From an uncultured Solirubrobacterales bacterium (GTDB lineage: Bacteria; Actinomycetota; Thermoleophilia; Solirubrobacterales; 70-9): a stretch of 64,000 bases of DNA. Shown here piece after piece: positions 31,926-41,767 of the stretch. Each line of letters begins with the position of its first letter. Within the stretch, counting starts at the first letter, position 1. The notes under the pieces are model-generated. The model had not been told where the DNA came from and did no database searches. It saw nothing but the letters and a program-made list of their open reading frames with translations. The DNA lies in contig CAVQIX010000004.1 in assembly GCA_963712765.1 (NCBI GenBank), forward strand, positions 496,503 through 560,502, read 5' to 3'. A program made the translations under genes and the position numbers.

Positions 31926-32075
31926 ACGCCCTCTGACCGGCGCCTGAGCGCACCCGCTCGGGGCTCATGTGCTGGCGCACACTGCGCCCCTCGCGTGCGC
32001 GCTCATGCTTGGTCGGAGGACGTCTAAGCGGGCGGAAGCGGGGATCGTTGCGGGAATGGGAGTAGGGTCGCCTTC

Positions 32076-33863
32076 GTGGGTTACCGATCGATCGAGTGGA
32101 GGGTTGGCGTCTCGCCGGCGCGATTGGCGTTGGTCCTTGCGGGTGTCCTCGCCTGGGTCGCGGTTGTCGCGCTGACGGTGCCGGCTCCGGCCGACGCGAA
32201 GCGGAACCTCTACAGCACCAATCTTTCCTCGATGAACATCGGGGCTTTCGACATCGCCGCGGGCGGTCAGCTGTCACCGATCACCGGCTCACCGTTCAGC
32301 ACCGGGAGCAACCCGAACTCACCGGCGATCACGCCGGACGGCTCCTATCTCTACGTGCCGAACCTCGACGGCGGCAACCTGACCGGCTACCAGGTCAATT
32401 CCGCCACCGGCGCTCTGCAGACGCTCGGGAGTGGGCCCTACCCGGCTGGCAACAAGCCCTTCGGCAGCGCGATCACCCCTGACGGCAGCTACCTGTTCGT
32501 CAGCAACGAGGGCACCCCGGACACGATCTCGCGCTTCTCGATCGGAGGCAACGGGAACCTCACCGATCTCGGAACCGACACCCCTACCTCGTCCTCCCCG
32601 CGGGGTATCGCAATCACACCCGACGGCAAGTACCTGTACGTCGCCAATGCCGACGCCAATGGGGTCTCGGCCTACTCGATCGGAGCGGGAGGCTCGCTCA
32701 GCGCGCTGGCCGACTCCCCGTTCAGTACCGGCCTGTTGCCGCAGGTGGTCTCGATCACCCCCGACGGCAAGTACCTCTATGTGGTCAATGCCAGCTCGGA
32801 GACCGTGAGCGCCTACTCGATCGGGGCCGACGGCAAGCTCACCGAGCTCCCCGACTCACCCTTCTCCAGCCCGGGGGAGCCGTTCGGAGGCGTCGCGATC
32901 ACCCCCGACGGCAGCTACCTGTACGTGAGTGGCTCCGCGGACGACCAGATCCTTCGCTATTCGATAGGCGTCGACGGAAAGCTGACGACCCTGGCACCCC
33001 CCGCGGCGGCCGCGACGTTCCCGACCGGGCTCGCCGTCACCCCCGACGGCAAGCGGCTTTACGCCGCCAACACGACCTCGAGCAACATCTCGGCCTACAC
33101 GATCGGCGGTAACGGATCGCTGAGCTCGATCGGGGCGCCGACGGCGTCGGGCGGCACCTTCCCGAACTTCCAGCCGCTGGCGATCACGCCCAACCAGCCG
33201 CCGACGGCCTCGATCGCCGCGGCGACGGCGGCGCGCGCCACCTCGGCGACGGTCGGCAAGCCGGTCAACTTCGATGCCTCCGGCTCGGCCGATCCGGACG
33301 GCACGATCGCCGGCTACGCCTGGAACTTCGGTGACGGCACGCTCGCGGTCCGGTCGAACCCGACGATCAGCCACACCTACTCGGCCCCCGGCACCTACAC
33401 CGTGAGACTCACCCTGACCGACAACGAGGGCTGCTCGACCGAGCGCGTCTACAGCAGCCGGATCGTCTCCTGTAACGGCAGCGTCGTCGCGACCACCACC
33501 GAGCAGGTCACCGTCGCCGCCGCGCCCCCCGACACCGAGGTCACCGGCGCCAAGATCAGCGCCAAGCGCAAGCAGAAGGCTCGGGGCCGGATCAAGCTCA
33601 AGATCAAGGGCGGTGCGGACGAGGCCGTCAAGGGCGTTGCCACCGGCAAGGTCAAGCGCTACAAGCTGAAGAAGGTCAAGAAGTCCTCGTCGGCGGGCAA
33701 GCGCAAGACGTACAAGCTGAAGCTGAAGAGGAAGAAGGACGACAGAAAGATCCGCAAGCTGCTCAAGCGCGGCAAGAAGGTCAAGGCGAAGCTCACCCTG
33801 AAGCTGACCGACGGGGCCGGCAACACCTACAAGCGGACCAAGAAGGTCAAGCTCAAGCGCTAG
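32076..33863 (+). CDS. secreted lactonase-type 7-bladed beta-propeller + PKD domain + Lys-rich C-terminal tail
   Basis: Signal peptide (VLAWVAVVALTVPAPADA). Seven repeats of ..ITPDG(S/K)YLYV.N......Y.I...G.L. PKD motif VNFDASGSADPDGTIAGYAWNFGDGT..YTVRLTLTDNEG. The last ~110 aa are about 40% Lys/Arg. Confidence 0.9.
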   Translation: MGYRSIEWRVGVSPARLALVLAGVLAWVAVVALTVPAPADAKRNLYSTNLSSMNIGAFDIAAGGQLSPITGSPFSTGSNPNSPAITPDGSYLYVPNLDGGNLTGYQVNSATGALQTLGSGPYPAGNKPFGSAITPDGSYLFVSNEGTPDTISRFSIGGNGNLTDLGTDTPTSSSPRGIAITPDGKYLYVANADANGVSAYSIGAGGSLSALADSPFSTGLLPQVVSITPDGKYLYVVNASSETVSAYSIGADGKLTELPDSPFSSPGEPFGGVAITPDGSYLYVSGSADDQILRYSIGVDGKLTTLAPPAAAATFPTGLAVTPDGKRLYAANTTSSNISAYTIGGNGSLSSIGAPTASGGTFPNFQPLAITPNQPPTASIAAATAARATSATVGKPVNFDASGSADPDGTIAGYAWNFGDGTLAVRSNPTISHTYSAPGTYTVRLTLTDNEGCSTERVYSSRIVSCNGSVVATTTEQVTVAAAPPDTEVTGAKISAKRKQKARGRIKLKIKGGADEAVKGVATGKVKRYKLKKVKKSSSAGKRKTYKLKLKRKKDDRKIRKLLKRGKKVKAKLTLKLTDGAGNTYKRTKKVKLKR

Positions 33864-33897
33864 CTCCCTCAAGCCGAGCGGATAGCCTCGACTCCGC

Positions 33898-34995
33898 GTG
33901 ATCGTCTACGGCTCCGAATACTCCTACTTCACCGGCAAGTTCGAGGCCTACCTCCGCTTCAAGGAGATTCCCTACGAGCGGCGGCCGATGTCGGTGCGGC
34001 AGTACCTGTGGAGGATCCCGCGCAAGGTCGGGGTCGCCCAGCTGCCGACGGTCGAGCTGCCGGGCGGGCGCTGGATGACCGACACGACGCCGATGATCGC
34101 CTGGCTCGAGCAGCAGCACCCGACCCCGCCGGTGATCCCGCCGGATCCCGTGCAGGCCTTCTTCGCGCTCCTGATCGAGGACTTCGGCGACGAGTGGCTC
34201 TGGCGGCCGGCGATGCACTACCGCTGGGACTACGCCGCGGACCGCGAGCTGATGGGCCGCCGGCTGGCGAGCGAGCTGGTCCGCCTGCCGATTCCGCTGG
34301 CGCTGCGCCGCCGCTGGCTCGCCTGGCGCCAGACTCACCTGTTCGTGCGCGGTGACGGGGTCGATCGCAGCACCCGCGACCACATGGACGCCGCCTACAC
34401 CCGCACGCTCGATCGGCTCGAGCCGATCCTCTCCTCCCGGCCCTTCCTGCTCGGCGGTCGCCCGACCGTCGCCGACCTCGGCCTCTTCGGCTCGATGTTC
34501 CGCCACTTCGCCATCGACCCGACCCCGGCCCGGATCATGCGCGATCGCGCGCCCTCCGTCTGGGAGTGGGTAGCCAGGGTCTGGGCCGCGCGGGCGAGCC
34601 TGATCGGGTCGGCCGAGCTGCTCGAGGGCGTTCCCGAGGATCTTGGCCCCCTGCTGCGGGAGGCCGGCGAGACCCACCTCGAGATGCTCGCCGCCAATGC
34701 CGAGGCGCACAACGCCGGCGAGGCGCGCCACGACTTCCGCGTCCAGGCCACCACCTACCGCGACGTACCGACCAGCGCCTACCGGGTCTGGGCCCTCGAG
34801 CAGCTTCGGATGCGCTTCCGGCGACTGACCCCGGCCGACCGCGAGCGGGCCGAGCACCTGCTCAAGGCCAATGGTTGCTGGGTTCCCCTCTGGCGGGTCG
34901 AGAAGCTCAGCTCCGGTCACGACCCAGATCGACGGGCGCCCTTCGGCAAGGGCACGCGGATGGTTCGCGACGGCGGCCTGCTCGCACGCCGCTGA
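33898..34995 (+). CDS. glutathione S-transferase-like protein (thioredoxin-fold N-domain)
   Basis: 365 aa, GTG start. GST_N-like start IVYGSEYSYFTGKFEAYLRFKEIPYE...LPTVELPGGRWMTDTTPMIAWLE. Function is uncertain. Confidence 0.7.
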   Translation: MIVYGSEYSYFTGKFEAYLRFKEIPYERRPMSVRQYLWRIPRKVGVAQLPTVELPGGRWMTDTTPMIAWLEQQHPTPPVIPPDPVQAFFALLIEDFGDEWLWRPAMHYRWDYAADRELMGRRLASELVRLPIPLALRRRWLAWRQTHLFVRGDGVDRSTRDHMDAAYTRTLDRLEPILSSRPFLLGGRPTVADLGLFGSMFRHFAIDPTPARIMRDRAPSVWEWVARVWAARASLIGSAELLEGVPEDLGPLLREAGETHLEMLAANAEAHNAGEARHDFRVQATTYRDVPTSAYRVWALEQLRMRFRRLTPADRERAEHLLKANGCWVPLWRVEKLSSGHDPDRRAPFGKGTRMVRDGGLLARR

Positions 34996-35034
34996 GCCCG
35001 AGCTGCCGCCCGCGCCCGGTAGCCTCCCTGCCCG

Positions 35035-36136
35035 ATGGCAGAGGCACCAGATACCGGCGCCCGCATCGCGGAGGTCCGCGAGCAGTTGACGCTGCTCCGG
35101 GACTACCTTTGACCCCGAGCAGCTGAAGACCGAGATCGAGCGGCTCGAGGCGGAGATGCAGGCCCCCGGCTTCTGGGATGACCAGGAGTCCGCCGCCAGG
35201 ATCTCCGCCTCCCATACCCGCGCCAAGCGTAAGCTCGAGCTCTGGGAGGGAATCTCCGCCGATGGCGACGACCTCGGCGAGCTTGAGGAGATGGCAGCCG
35301 AGGACGATGAGATGGCGGCGGAGCTCGAGACGCAGCTCGACTCGATCGGTAACCGCCTCGCCGAGCTCGAGGAGGAGCGCCTGTTCACCGGCGACTTCGA
35401 CTCCGGTGACGCGGTGGTCACGATCCGCGCCGGCGCCGGCGGCACCGACTCCCAGGACTGGGCCGAGATGCTGCTGCGGATGTACCTGCGCTGGGCCGAG
35501 GGCCGAGGCTTCGAGGTCGAGATGAAGGAGGCCTCCGAGGGTGAGGAGGCGGGGATCAAGTCGGCGACGATGCTCGCCCACGGCGAGAACGCCTACGGCC
35601 TGTTCGGGGCCGAGCGCGGTGTGCACCGGCTGGTGCGGATCTCACCTTTCGACTCCCAGTCGCGCCGCCACACCGCATTCGCGCAACTCGACGTAGCCCC
35701 GCTGGTCTCCGATGAGGTCGACGTCGAGCTCGATGAGGCCGACATCCGGGTCGATACCTACCGGGCCTCCGGCGCAGGCGGCCAGCACGTCAACAAGACC
35801 GACTCCGCTGTCCGGCTCACCCACGAGCCGACCGGGATCGTGGTCCAGTGCCAGAACGAGCGCTCTCAGACCCAGAACAAGCACACGGCGATGCAGATGC
35901 TGCGATCGCGCCTGCTGGCGGAGGAGGAGCGCAGGAGGGCCGAGGAGCTGGCAGTCGAGCGGGGCGAGCAGAAGCCCGCCGAGTGGGGCTCGCAGATCCG
36001 CAGCTACACGCTGCATCCCTCGACCCGGGTCAAGGACCACCGCACCAACCACGAGGTCGGTGACGCCCAACGGGTACTCGACGGGGACCTCGACGAGTTC
36101 ATCCGCACCTACCTGCTGCAGGCCGCCGCGAGCTAG
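35035..36136 (+). CDS. prfB: peptide chain release factor 2, expressed through a programmed +1 frameshift (join 35035..35109, 35111..36136)
   Basis: Frame 0 encodes [25 protein letters not shown], then CTT TGA C. The +1 frame continues [25 protein letters not shown]... through SPF and [16 protein letters not shown] (GGQ). The track lists only 35156..36136. Confidence 0.95.
35107..35113 (+). other. RF2 autoregulatory +1 recoding site CUU UGA C
   Basis: Exact canonical slippery/stop heptamer at the junction of the two prfB reading frames. Confidence 0.9.
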
Positions 36137-36189
36137 GGGATCAGCGGCGGCGGTTCGGCATCGGGTCCGCCGGTCACTACCGTTCACTC

Positions 36190-37347
36190 ATGGCGCAGCG
36201 AATCGCGGTCGGGCTCTCGGACACGGCGAACACGGCCGAGGCATTCGCAGAGGCGGCCGAGCTGGCGCGCTCCGGTCTCGGAGGAGGCGCCGATCTCTGC
36301 GTCGCTTTCGTCGGCGCCCACCACCTGCCCGAGCTCGACGTTGCGCTGGCCGAGATCGGCGATCGAATCGACCCGGGCGCCCTGATCGGCTGCGGAGCGG
36401 CCGGCGTGATCGGCTCGCGCCGGGAGGTCGAGTCCGGCCCCGGCGCGGTCGTCTGGGCCGCCGAGCTGCCGGGCGCCTCGATCGAGACCTTCGAGATCGA
36501 TGGGGGCCCCGGCACCGACCCGGATCTGCTCACCGGTCTCCCGGAGCCGGGATCGGCCACCGACGCCCTCCTACTGCTCTGCGATCCTGGCCGCTCGGCG
36601 CCGGACTCGGTTCTGAGCAGGTTCAACGAAGGGTGGCCCGGCACGCCGGTTCTCGGCGGGCTGGCCAGCGCCGCTGTCGACGGCAGCGCCGTCCTGCTCC
36701 GCAACGGCAACGCCACGGGGGCCGGAGCGGTCGGCTGCTCACTCAGCGGCGTCGATCTGACCCCCTGCGTCTCCCAGGGGGCGACCCCCGTCGGCCCGGA
36801 GATGACGATCACCGAGGGAGGTGGCAACGTGATCCGCGAGCTCGCCTCCAAGCCCGCGCTCGAGCGCCTCGGAGAGGTCATCGGCGGGCTCGACTCCGAG
36901 CAGCGCGAGCAGGCTTCGGGCGGTCTGCTGCTCGGAATCGTGATTGACGAGAACCAGCCCGAGCACGAACGCGGCGACTTCCTGGTCCGCCCGATCGCCG
37001 GCGCCGACCGCGATTCCGGCGCGATCGTGATCGGCGAGGACATCCGCGTCGGTCAGACCCTCCGCCTCCACGTTCGCGACGCGGCCTCCGCCGACGCCGA
37101 TCTCCGGGAGGCGCTCTCGCTCCAGAGCGGGGCCCTTGGAGGGCGGGAGGCCGCCGGCGCGCTGATCTTCACCTGCAACGGCCGCGGCCGCGGGATGTTC
37201 GGCGTCTCCGACCACGACGCCGAGGCGGTCGACGACGCTCTCGACGCTCCGGCAGGCGGGTTCTTCTGCGCCGGTGAGATCGGCCCCGTCGGCGGTCGCA
37301 ACTTCCTCCACGGGTTCACCGCAACCCTTGCCGTGTTCGCGGGCTGA
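36190..37347 (+). CDS. FIST (FIST_N + FIST_C) sensory-domain protein
   Basis: 385 aa. LCVAFVGAHH, GCGAAGVIG, C-terminal GALIFTCNGRGRGMFG...GFFCAGEIGPVGGRNFLHGFTATLAVF. Confidence 0.8.
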   Translation: MAQRIAVGLSDTANTAEAFAEAAELARSGLGGGADLCVAFVGAHHLPELDVALAEIGDRIDPGALIGCGAAGVIGSRREVESGPGAVVWAAELPGASIETFEIDGGPGTDPDLLTGLPEPGSATDALLLLCDPGRSAPDSVLSRFNEGWPGTPVLGGLASAAVDGSAVLLRNGNATGAGAVGCSLSGVDLTPCVSQGATPVGPEMTITEGGGNVIRELASKPALERLGEVIGGLDSEQREQASGGLLLGIVIDENQPEHERGDFLVRPIAGADRDSGAIVIGEDIRVGQTLRLHVRDAASADADLREALSLQSGALGGREAAGALIFTCNGRGRGMFGVSDHDAEAVDDALDAPAGGFFCAGEIGPVGGRNFLHGFTATLAVFAG

Positions 37348-37398
37348 GGGGTCCGCTCGGGCGCTCTGAGCCACCGCCGGAGCGAATACCCTGCTTCC

Positions 37399-38250
37399 AT
37401 GAGCGATCCGAACGAGCTCGGAGCACTCGTCGCCCGAGCGCTGGCCGAGGATCTCGGCGACGGCGACCTCACCGCGGAGGCGACGGTTCCGGCCGTGGCT
37501 CGCGCACGGGCTCGCATCCTCCAGAAAGAGCCGGGCGTCGTCTTCGGCTTCGAGGCGGCTCGCGAGGTCTTCCGCCAGACCGGGGCAGGAGATCTGGAGA
37601 TGTTGATGATCGAGGGTCAATGGCGTAACGCCGTTCCCGCGGAGGTTGCGTTCGTCAGTGGCCCGGCGCGGGCGCTACTCGGGGCCGAGCGAGTGGCCCT
37701 GAACCTGCTCGGCCACCTGAGCGGGGTTGCCACGCTGACGGCCCGCTTTGTCGAGGCCGCCCGCGCCGGCTCACCCTCCGTCTCGATTCTCGACACCCGC
37801 AAGACGACCCCCGGCCTTCGCGCCATGGAGAAGGCGGCAGTCAGGGCGGGCGGTGGTCGCAACCATCGCATGGGTCTCTATGACGCGATCCTGATCAAGG
37901 AGAACCACATCGCCCTCGGTGGCGGGCTCGGCCCGGCGGTGGCCGCGGCCCGCGAGGCCCAGCCGGAGCTACCGATCGAGGTCGAGTGCCGCGACCTCGC
38001 CGAGGTCGATGCGGCGCTGGAGGCCGGGGCGGACAGACTCCTGCTCGACAACATGGACTCAGCCGCCCTGAGGGTCGCTGTCTCGGCCCGAGACGGCGGC
38101 GGGTCTGCCGCGAAGCTCGAGGCCTCCGGCGGGGTCAGCCTCGAGACTGTCGCTGAGATCGCCGCCACGGGCGTCGACCTGATCTCGATCGGGGCCGTGA
38201 CGCATTCTGCCCCGGCGCTCGACCTGTCGATGCTCCTGGAGCCGGCGTGA
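37399..38250 (+). CDS. nadC: nicotinate-nucleotide diphosphorylase (carboxylating) / quinolinate phosphoribosyltransferase
   Basis: 283 aa. LDTRKTTPGLR, KAAVRAGGGRNHRMGLYD, IKENHI, LLDNM, EASGGV. Confidence 0.95.
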   Translation: MSDPNELGALVARALAEDLGDGDLTAEATVPAVARARARILQKEPGVVFGFEAAREVFRQTGAGDLEMLMIEGQWRNAVPAEVAFVSGPARALLGAERVALNLLGHLSGVATLTARFVEAARAGSPSVSILDTRKTTPGLRAMEKAAVRAGGGRNHRMGLYDAILIKENHIALGGGLGPAVAAAREAQPELPIEVECRDLAEVDAALEAGADRLLLDNMDSAALRVAVSARDGGGSAAKLEASGGVSLETVAEIAATGVDLISIGAVTHSAPALDLSMLLEPA

Positions 38251-40187
38251 GCCAGGGCGACCTCGGTCCGGGCTCCGAGTTCGCCGGCCATCGGATCGAC
38301 GCCGAGCTCGGCCGCGGCGGTATGGGCGTGGTCTACCTCGCCCGCCATCTCGCCCTGGATCGGCTGCGAGCGCTCAAGGTCCTCGCCCCCGAGCTCTCAG
38401 CCGACCGCACCTTCGCCGAGCGGTTCCGGCGCGAATCCAGGCTCGCCGCCGCGATCGAACATCCGAACGTGGTCACGATCCACCACGCCGGCGAGGAGCG
38501 GGGCCGCCTGTATCTGGCGATGAGCTACATCGAGGGCACCGATCTGCACCGGGTCATCGAAGCTGGGCCGGTCGATCCGGCACGGGTCGGGGCGATGGTG
38601 GGCGGGGTGGGTGACGCGCTCGACGCAGCTCACGCGCACGGGCTGATCCATCGCGACGTCAAGCCGGCCAACATCCTGATCGGCGAGCGGCCCGGCGAGG
38701 GCGAGGTAGCGTTCCTGACCGACTTCGGGATCAGCAAGCTCGCCGTCGCAACCGATGCCGAGGCTGCGACGGAGGCCGCCCTGACGAGCACCGGCGCCGT
38801 GCTCGGAACGACCGACTACATCAGCCCCGAGCAGATCGAGGGCAAGCAGCTGACCGGAGCCGCCGACACCTACGCCCTGGCCTGTGTCGCCTTCCACGCG
38901 CTCACCGGCGAGCCACCCTTCCGGCGCGAGACCCAGATCGCGACGATGATGGCCCACGCCCGGGCCGAGCGGCCCTCCGCGTCCGGGCTGCGTGGCGATC
39001 TGCCGCCGGAGGTCGATCGCGTCCTCGCCGAGGGGATGGCTATCGACCCGGCTGATCGGCCCGCGACAGCCGCCGCGTTCGTTGCTCGGATGGCCGACGC
39101 CATCGGGGGCGTGGTCCCCGCCGACTTCCGCGCTCAGCCGACCGGGGCGCCGGCGACGGGCGCCGGAGCGCCTGCCGACCGTGCTTGGAGTCGCGGCCGT
39201 CTGGCTCTGGCGGGGCTCCTGGCGTTGGTGGCCGCCGCTGCTGTTGCGGCGTTAGTACTCGGCGGAGACGACGGGCCGACAGCGTCGACCACCGGCGGTG
39301 CACCCGGCCCGGCCCCGGTTCAGCTCGAGCGGGTCAAGGCCGTGGCGACGATCCCGACCGGCGCGGCGACGCTCGGAGTCTCGGCCGGGAAGCTCGAGGT
39401 CTGGGCGGCGAGCCGCGACGACGGACGAATCTCGGGAATCGCGCCCGATTCCGAGGGGATCGCGATCGGACCGCTCCCACTCGCCGGCGCCTCGGCCATC
39501 GCAACCGGACACGATGCGATCTGGGTGGTGGCCGACGGGCTGCTGGTTCGCCTCGACCCCGCGGAGGGCGGCAGCCGGCTGACGGTGCCGGGTATCACGG
39601 ACGCCGTCGATGTCGCGACCGACGATGCGTGGGTCTGGGTGACGCAGGCGGCCGCGCCGGGCGCTGCAGCGGGCGAACTCGTGCGGGTGGATCCCAGTAC
39701 CAACTCGCGCTCAGGCGATGCGCCTGTCGGCGCCGATCCCCGGGCGGTCGCGACGGGCGCGGGCTCGGTCTGGGTCGCCAATGCCGAAGCGGCCACCGTG
39801 ACGCGGGTCGATCCCGGTGACGTCACGCCCGTCGGGCGGCCGATCCCCGCCGGGTCCCGGCCGACCAACATCGCGGTTGGTGCGGGCTCGGTCTGGGTCA
39901 CCGATGTCACCAACTCGGAGCTGCTGCGGATCGATCCCAGCTCCGATGCCGTCGTGGGGGACCCGATCGGGACCGGCTCACGTCCGCGCGGCGTCGCCGT
40001 CGGCTTCGGCTCGGTCTGGGTCGCGAACGGCGAGGACAACACCGTCTGGGAGTTCGACCCCCGCAGCGGTGAGCAGGTCGGTCAGATCCACAAGGTCGGC
40101 AGGGAGCCGGCCGACATCGACACTGGCTTCAGCGCGGTCTGGACCGCCAACGACGCAGGCGGCAGCATCAGCCGCATCGACCCCTAA
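38247..40187 (+). CDS. Ser/Thr protein kinase with TM segment and extracellular beta-propeller repeats
   Basis: GTG overlaps the nadC stop (GTGA). GRGGMGVVY, HRDVKPANIL, DFGIS, TDYISPEQ. TM LALAGLLALVAAAAVAALVL. Then ~6 repeats of ..G.GSVWV.......V.RIDP. Confidence 0.9.
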   Translation: MSQGDLGPGSEFAGHRIDAELGRGGMGVVYLARHLALDRLRALKVLAPELSADRTFAERFRRESRLAAAIEHPNVVTIHHAGEERGRLYLAMSYIEGTDLHRVIEAGPVDPARVGAMVGGVGDALDAAHAHGLIHRDVKPANILIGERPGEGEVAFLTDFGISKLAVATDAEAATEAALTSTGAVLGTTDYISPEQIEGKQLTGAADTYALACVAFHALTGEPPFRRETQIATMMAHARAERPSASGLRGDLPPEVDRVLAEGMAIDPADRPATAAAFVARMADAIGGVVPADFRAQPTGAPATGAGAPADRAWSRGRLALAGLLALVAAAAVAALVLGGDDGPTASTTGGAPGPAPVQLERVKAVATIPTGAATLGVSAGKLEVWAASRDDGRISGIAPDSEGIAIGPLPLAGASAIATGHDAIWVVADGLLVRLDPAEGGSRLTVPGITDAVDVATDDAWVWVTQAAAPGAAAGELVRVDPSTNSRSGDAPVGADPRAVATGAGSVWVANAEAATVTRVDPGDVTPVGRPIPAGSRPTNIAVGAGSVWVTDVTNSELLRIDPSSDAVVGDPIGTGSRPRGVAVGFGSVWVANGEDNTVWEFDPRSGEQVGQIHKVGREPADIDTGFSAVWTANDAGGSISRIDP

Positions 40188-40218
40188 GGGTCCCCGGGAG
40201 TCCATTCGGGCCGCCTGA

Positions 40219-40947
40219 TCAGAGGTCGCTGGGGCGGACGGCCCCGGCGGCGAGCGCCTCCTCGGCGAGCTTGACCCGCTTCTGGTTCTGCGGCAGGTCG
40301 CCGACCCCGAACTTCTCGAACAGCACGCGCATGTGGCCCTTGACGGCGTCGACCGAGAGGAACAGCCGCTCACCGATCTCCCTGTTGGTCGCGGGCGTGG
40401 CGAAGGACTCGCCGCCGCCGAACGGACGGCAGAGCTCGACCAGCACCTTGCGCTGGGTCTCGGTCAGCTCTCGGGCCGAAGTCGCGCCGCCGGACATCCG
40501 CGTCGGCTCGGGCCGCTCCGACCCCTCCGACCGGGGCTGGCGGAACAGGAGTCCCGTGCCGCCGATCGTGATCAGATCCCGGTCGCCCAGCCGTCGCCGC
40601 GAGCTTACCCGCTCCCCCTCCACGAAGGTCCCATTGGTCGAGAGCCCGTCGTCGGCGATCACCCAGGAATCCCCGACCCTAACGAGCTCGGCGTGGACCC
40701 GCGAGACGTCGGGATCACCCTCGAGGTCGATGTCGACCGCCTCGCCACGGCCGATCGTGAGGCGGTCGGCATCGAGGGCGAGCAGGCGCTGCTCGCCGTC
40801 GGTGTGTCGCCAGACCAGGAACGGCGTCCCCGCGCCCTCGGCCTCGATCTGGGCCTTGAGCTCGACCGCCGACTGCGCTGCCGTGGGGTTCGGGTGAGCC
40901 ATGACGGCGAGGGTAGACGCGACCTCAGTCGCTCGTCTCGGGCTCAT
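40219..40947 (-). CDS. FHA domain + C-terminal LuxR-type HTH regulator
   Basis: FHA core LTIGRGEAVDIDLEGDPDVSRVHAEL...STNGTFVEGERV. C-terminus LTETQRKVLVEL...TNREIGERLFLSVDAVKGHMRVLFEKFGV. Alternative start MAHPNPT at 40902. Confidence 0.85.
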   Translation of the reverse strand: MSPRRATEVASTLAVMAHPNPTAAQSAVELKAQIEAEGAGTPFLVWRHTDGEQRLLALDADRLTIGRGEAVDIDLEGDPDVSRVHAELVRVGDSWVIADDGLSTNGTFVEGERVSSRRRLGDRDLITIGGTGLLFRQPRSEGSERPEPTRMSGGATSARELTETQRKVLVELCRPFGGGESFATPATNREIGERLFLSVDAVKGHMRVLFEKFGVGDLPQNQKRVKLAEEALAAGAVRPSDL

Positions 40948-41767
40948 CCAGGAGTCCGTAGTCGCGGACCGCTCGCTGTTCTCGGACGACCGCCTCGCGA
41001 GGGCTGCGCATCGCGAGGAGAACCCGCGCCCTCTCGATCCGTTCGAGTTGCTCGCGCAGGAACTCCGCGGACTCGAGGTGCTCCATGGCGAGTCGCAAGG
41101 AGGGGGAGGTCTCGAGGCGGGCCGCCGTCGCGAGCGCGGCCAGTCCGTGCCATCCGGGCACCATGACGAGCGCCGCTCCCTCTCCGGCCTCGGCCGAGAA
41201 GTCCTCTATCGCGGTCAGCACACCGTTGCGGGGGCCGCCCTCGCGGGTCGCGTTCCAATTTGAGGCGTTTACCCCCGGCGCACCGAGCCTGGCCCTGCCT
41301 GGCAGGACCCCTGCGCGGGCCGCATCATGTCTGGCTTCCTTCGGGAGCGACCCGGGGTCGTAGTACATGTCGCGCCGCCCGTAGGGCCATCCGACATCGT
41401 GGGCGATCACCAGCGGCATCGGCGCCCGATCGGCCCGGGCCCGCCCCGCGAGGAGACCGAGCTCGGCATGGACGGTGTGCCAGTTGTGGTCGCCGTCGAT
41501 AAGGGCCGCGTCGAGTTCCCCGAGCCGGCCGAGCACGTTCACGCTTCGGTCGCGATGAAAACGGAAGCGCCCGCTGTGCTCGAGCTCCCAGCGACCGGCG
41601 TCGAAGCGGGGCTCGGGGTCGATCGCTTCGACCACGCCCCCGACCCGAGCGGCCCGTTCGAGCAGGAGGCGGGTGGTCCGGCCCTGCTCGGAGCCGACCT
41701 CGACCACCCGCCGGGCATCGGCTGCGTCCAGCAGCGGCGCGATCGCGTGCTCCCAGAACGGCCACAT
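40925..41767 (-). CDS. class I SAM-dependent methyltransferase (Methyltransf_24 / TylF-CmcI-like)
   Basis: 280 aa. VVEVGSEQGRTT, ALIDGDHNWHTV. Its start overlaps the GT4 stop (TGATG). Confidence 0.75.
   Translation of the reverse strand: MWPFWEHAIAPLLDAADARRVVEVGSEQGRTTRLLLERAARVGGVVEAIDPEPRFDAGRWELEHSGRFRFHRDRSVNVLGRLGELDAALIDGDHNWHTVHAELGLLAGRARADRAPMPLVIAHDVGWPYGRRDMYYDPGSLPKEARHDAARAGVLPGRARLGAPGVNASNWNATREGGPRNGVLTAIEDFSAEAGEGAALVMVPGWHGLAALATAARLETSPSLRLAMEHLESAEFLREQLERIERARVLLAMRSPREAVVREQRAVRDYGLLDEPETSD

Noticed and set aside
33853-35559. 568-aa minus-strand ORF across the GST-like and prfB genes.
   Set aside because: Shadow frame (Ser/Pro/Arg/Ala-rich) opposite two genes with clear family motifs.
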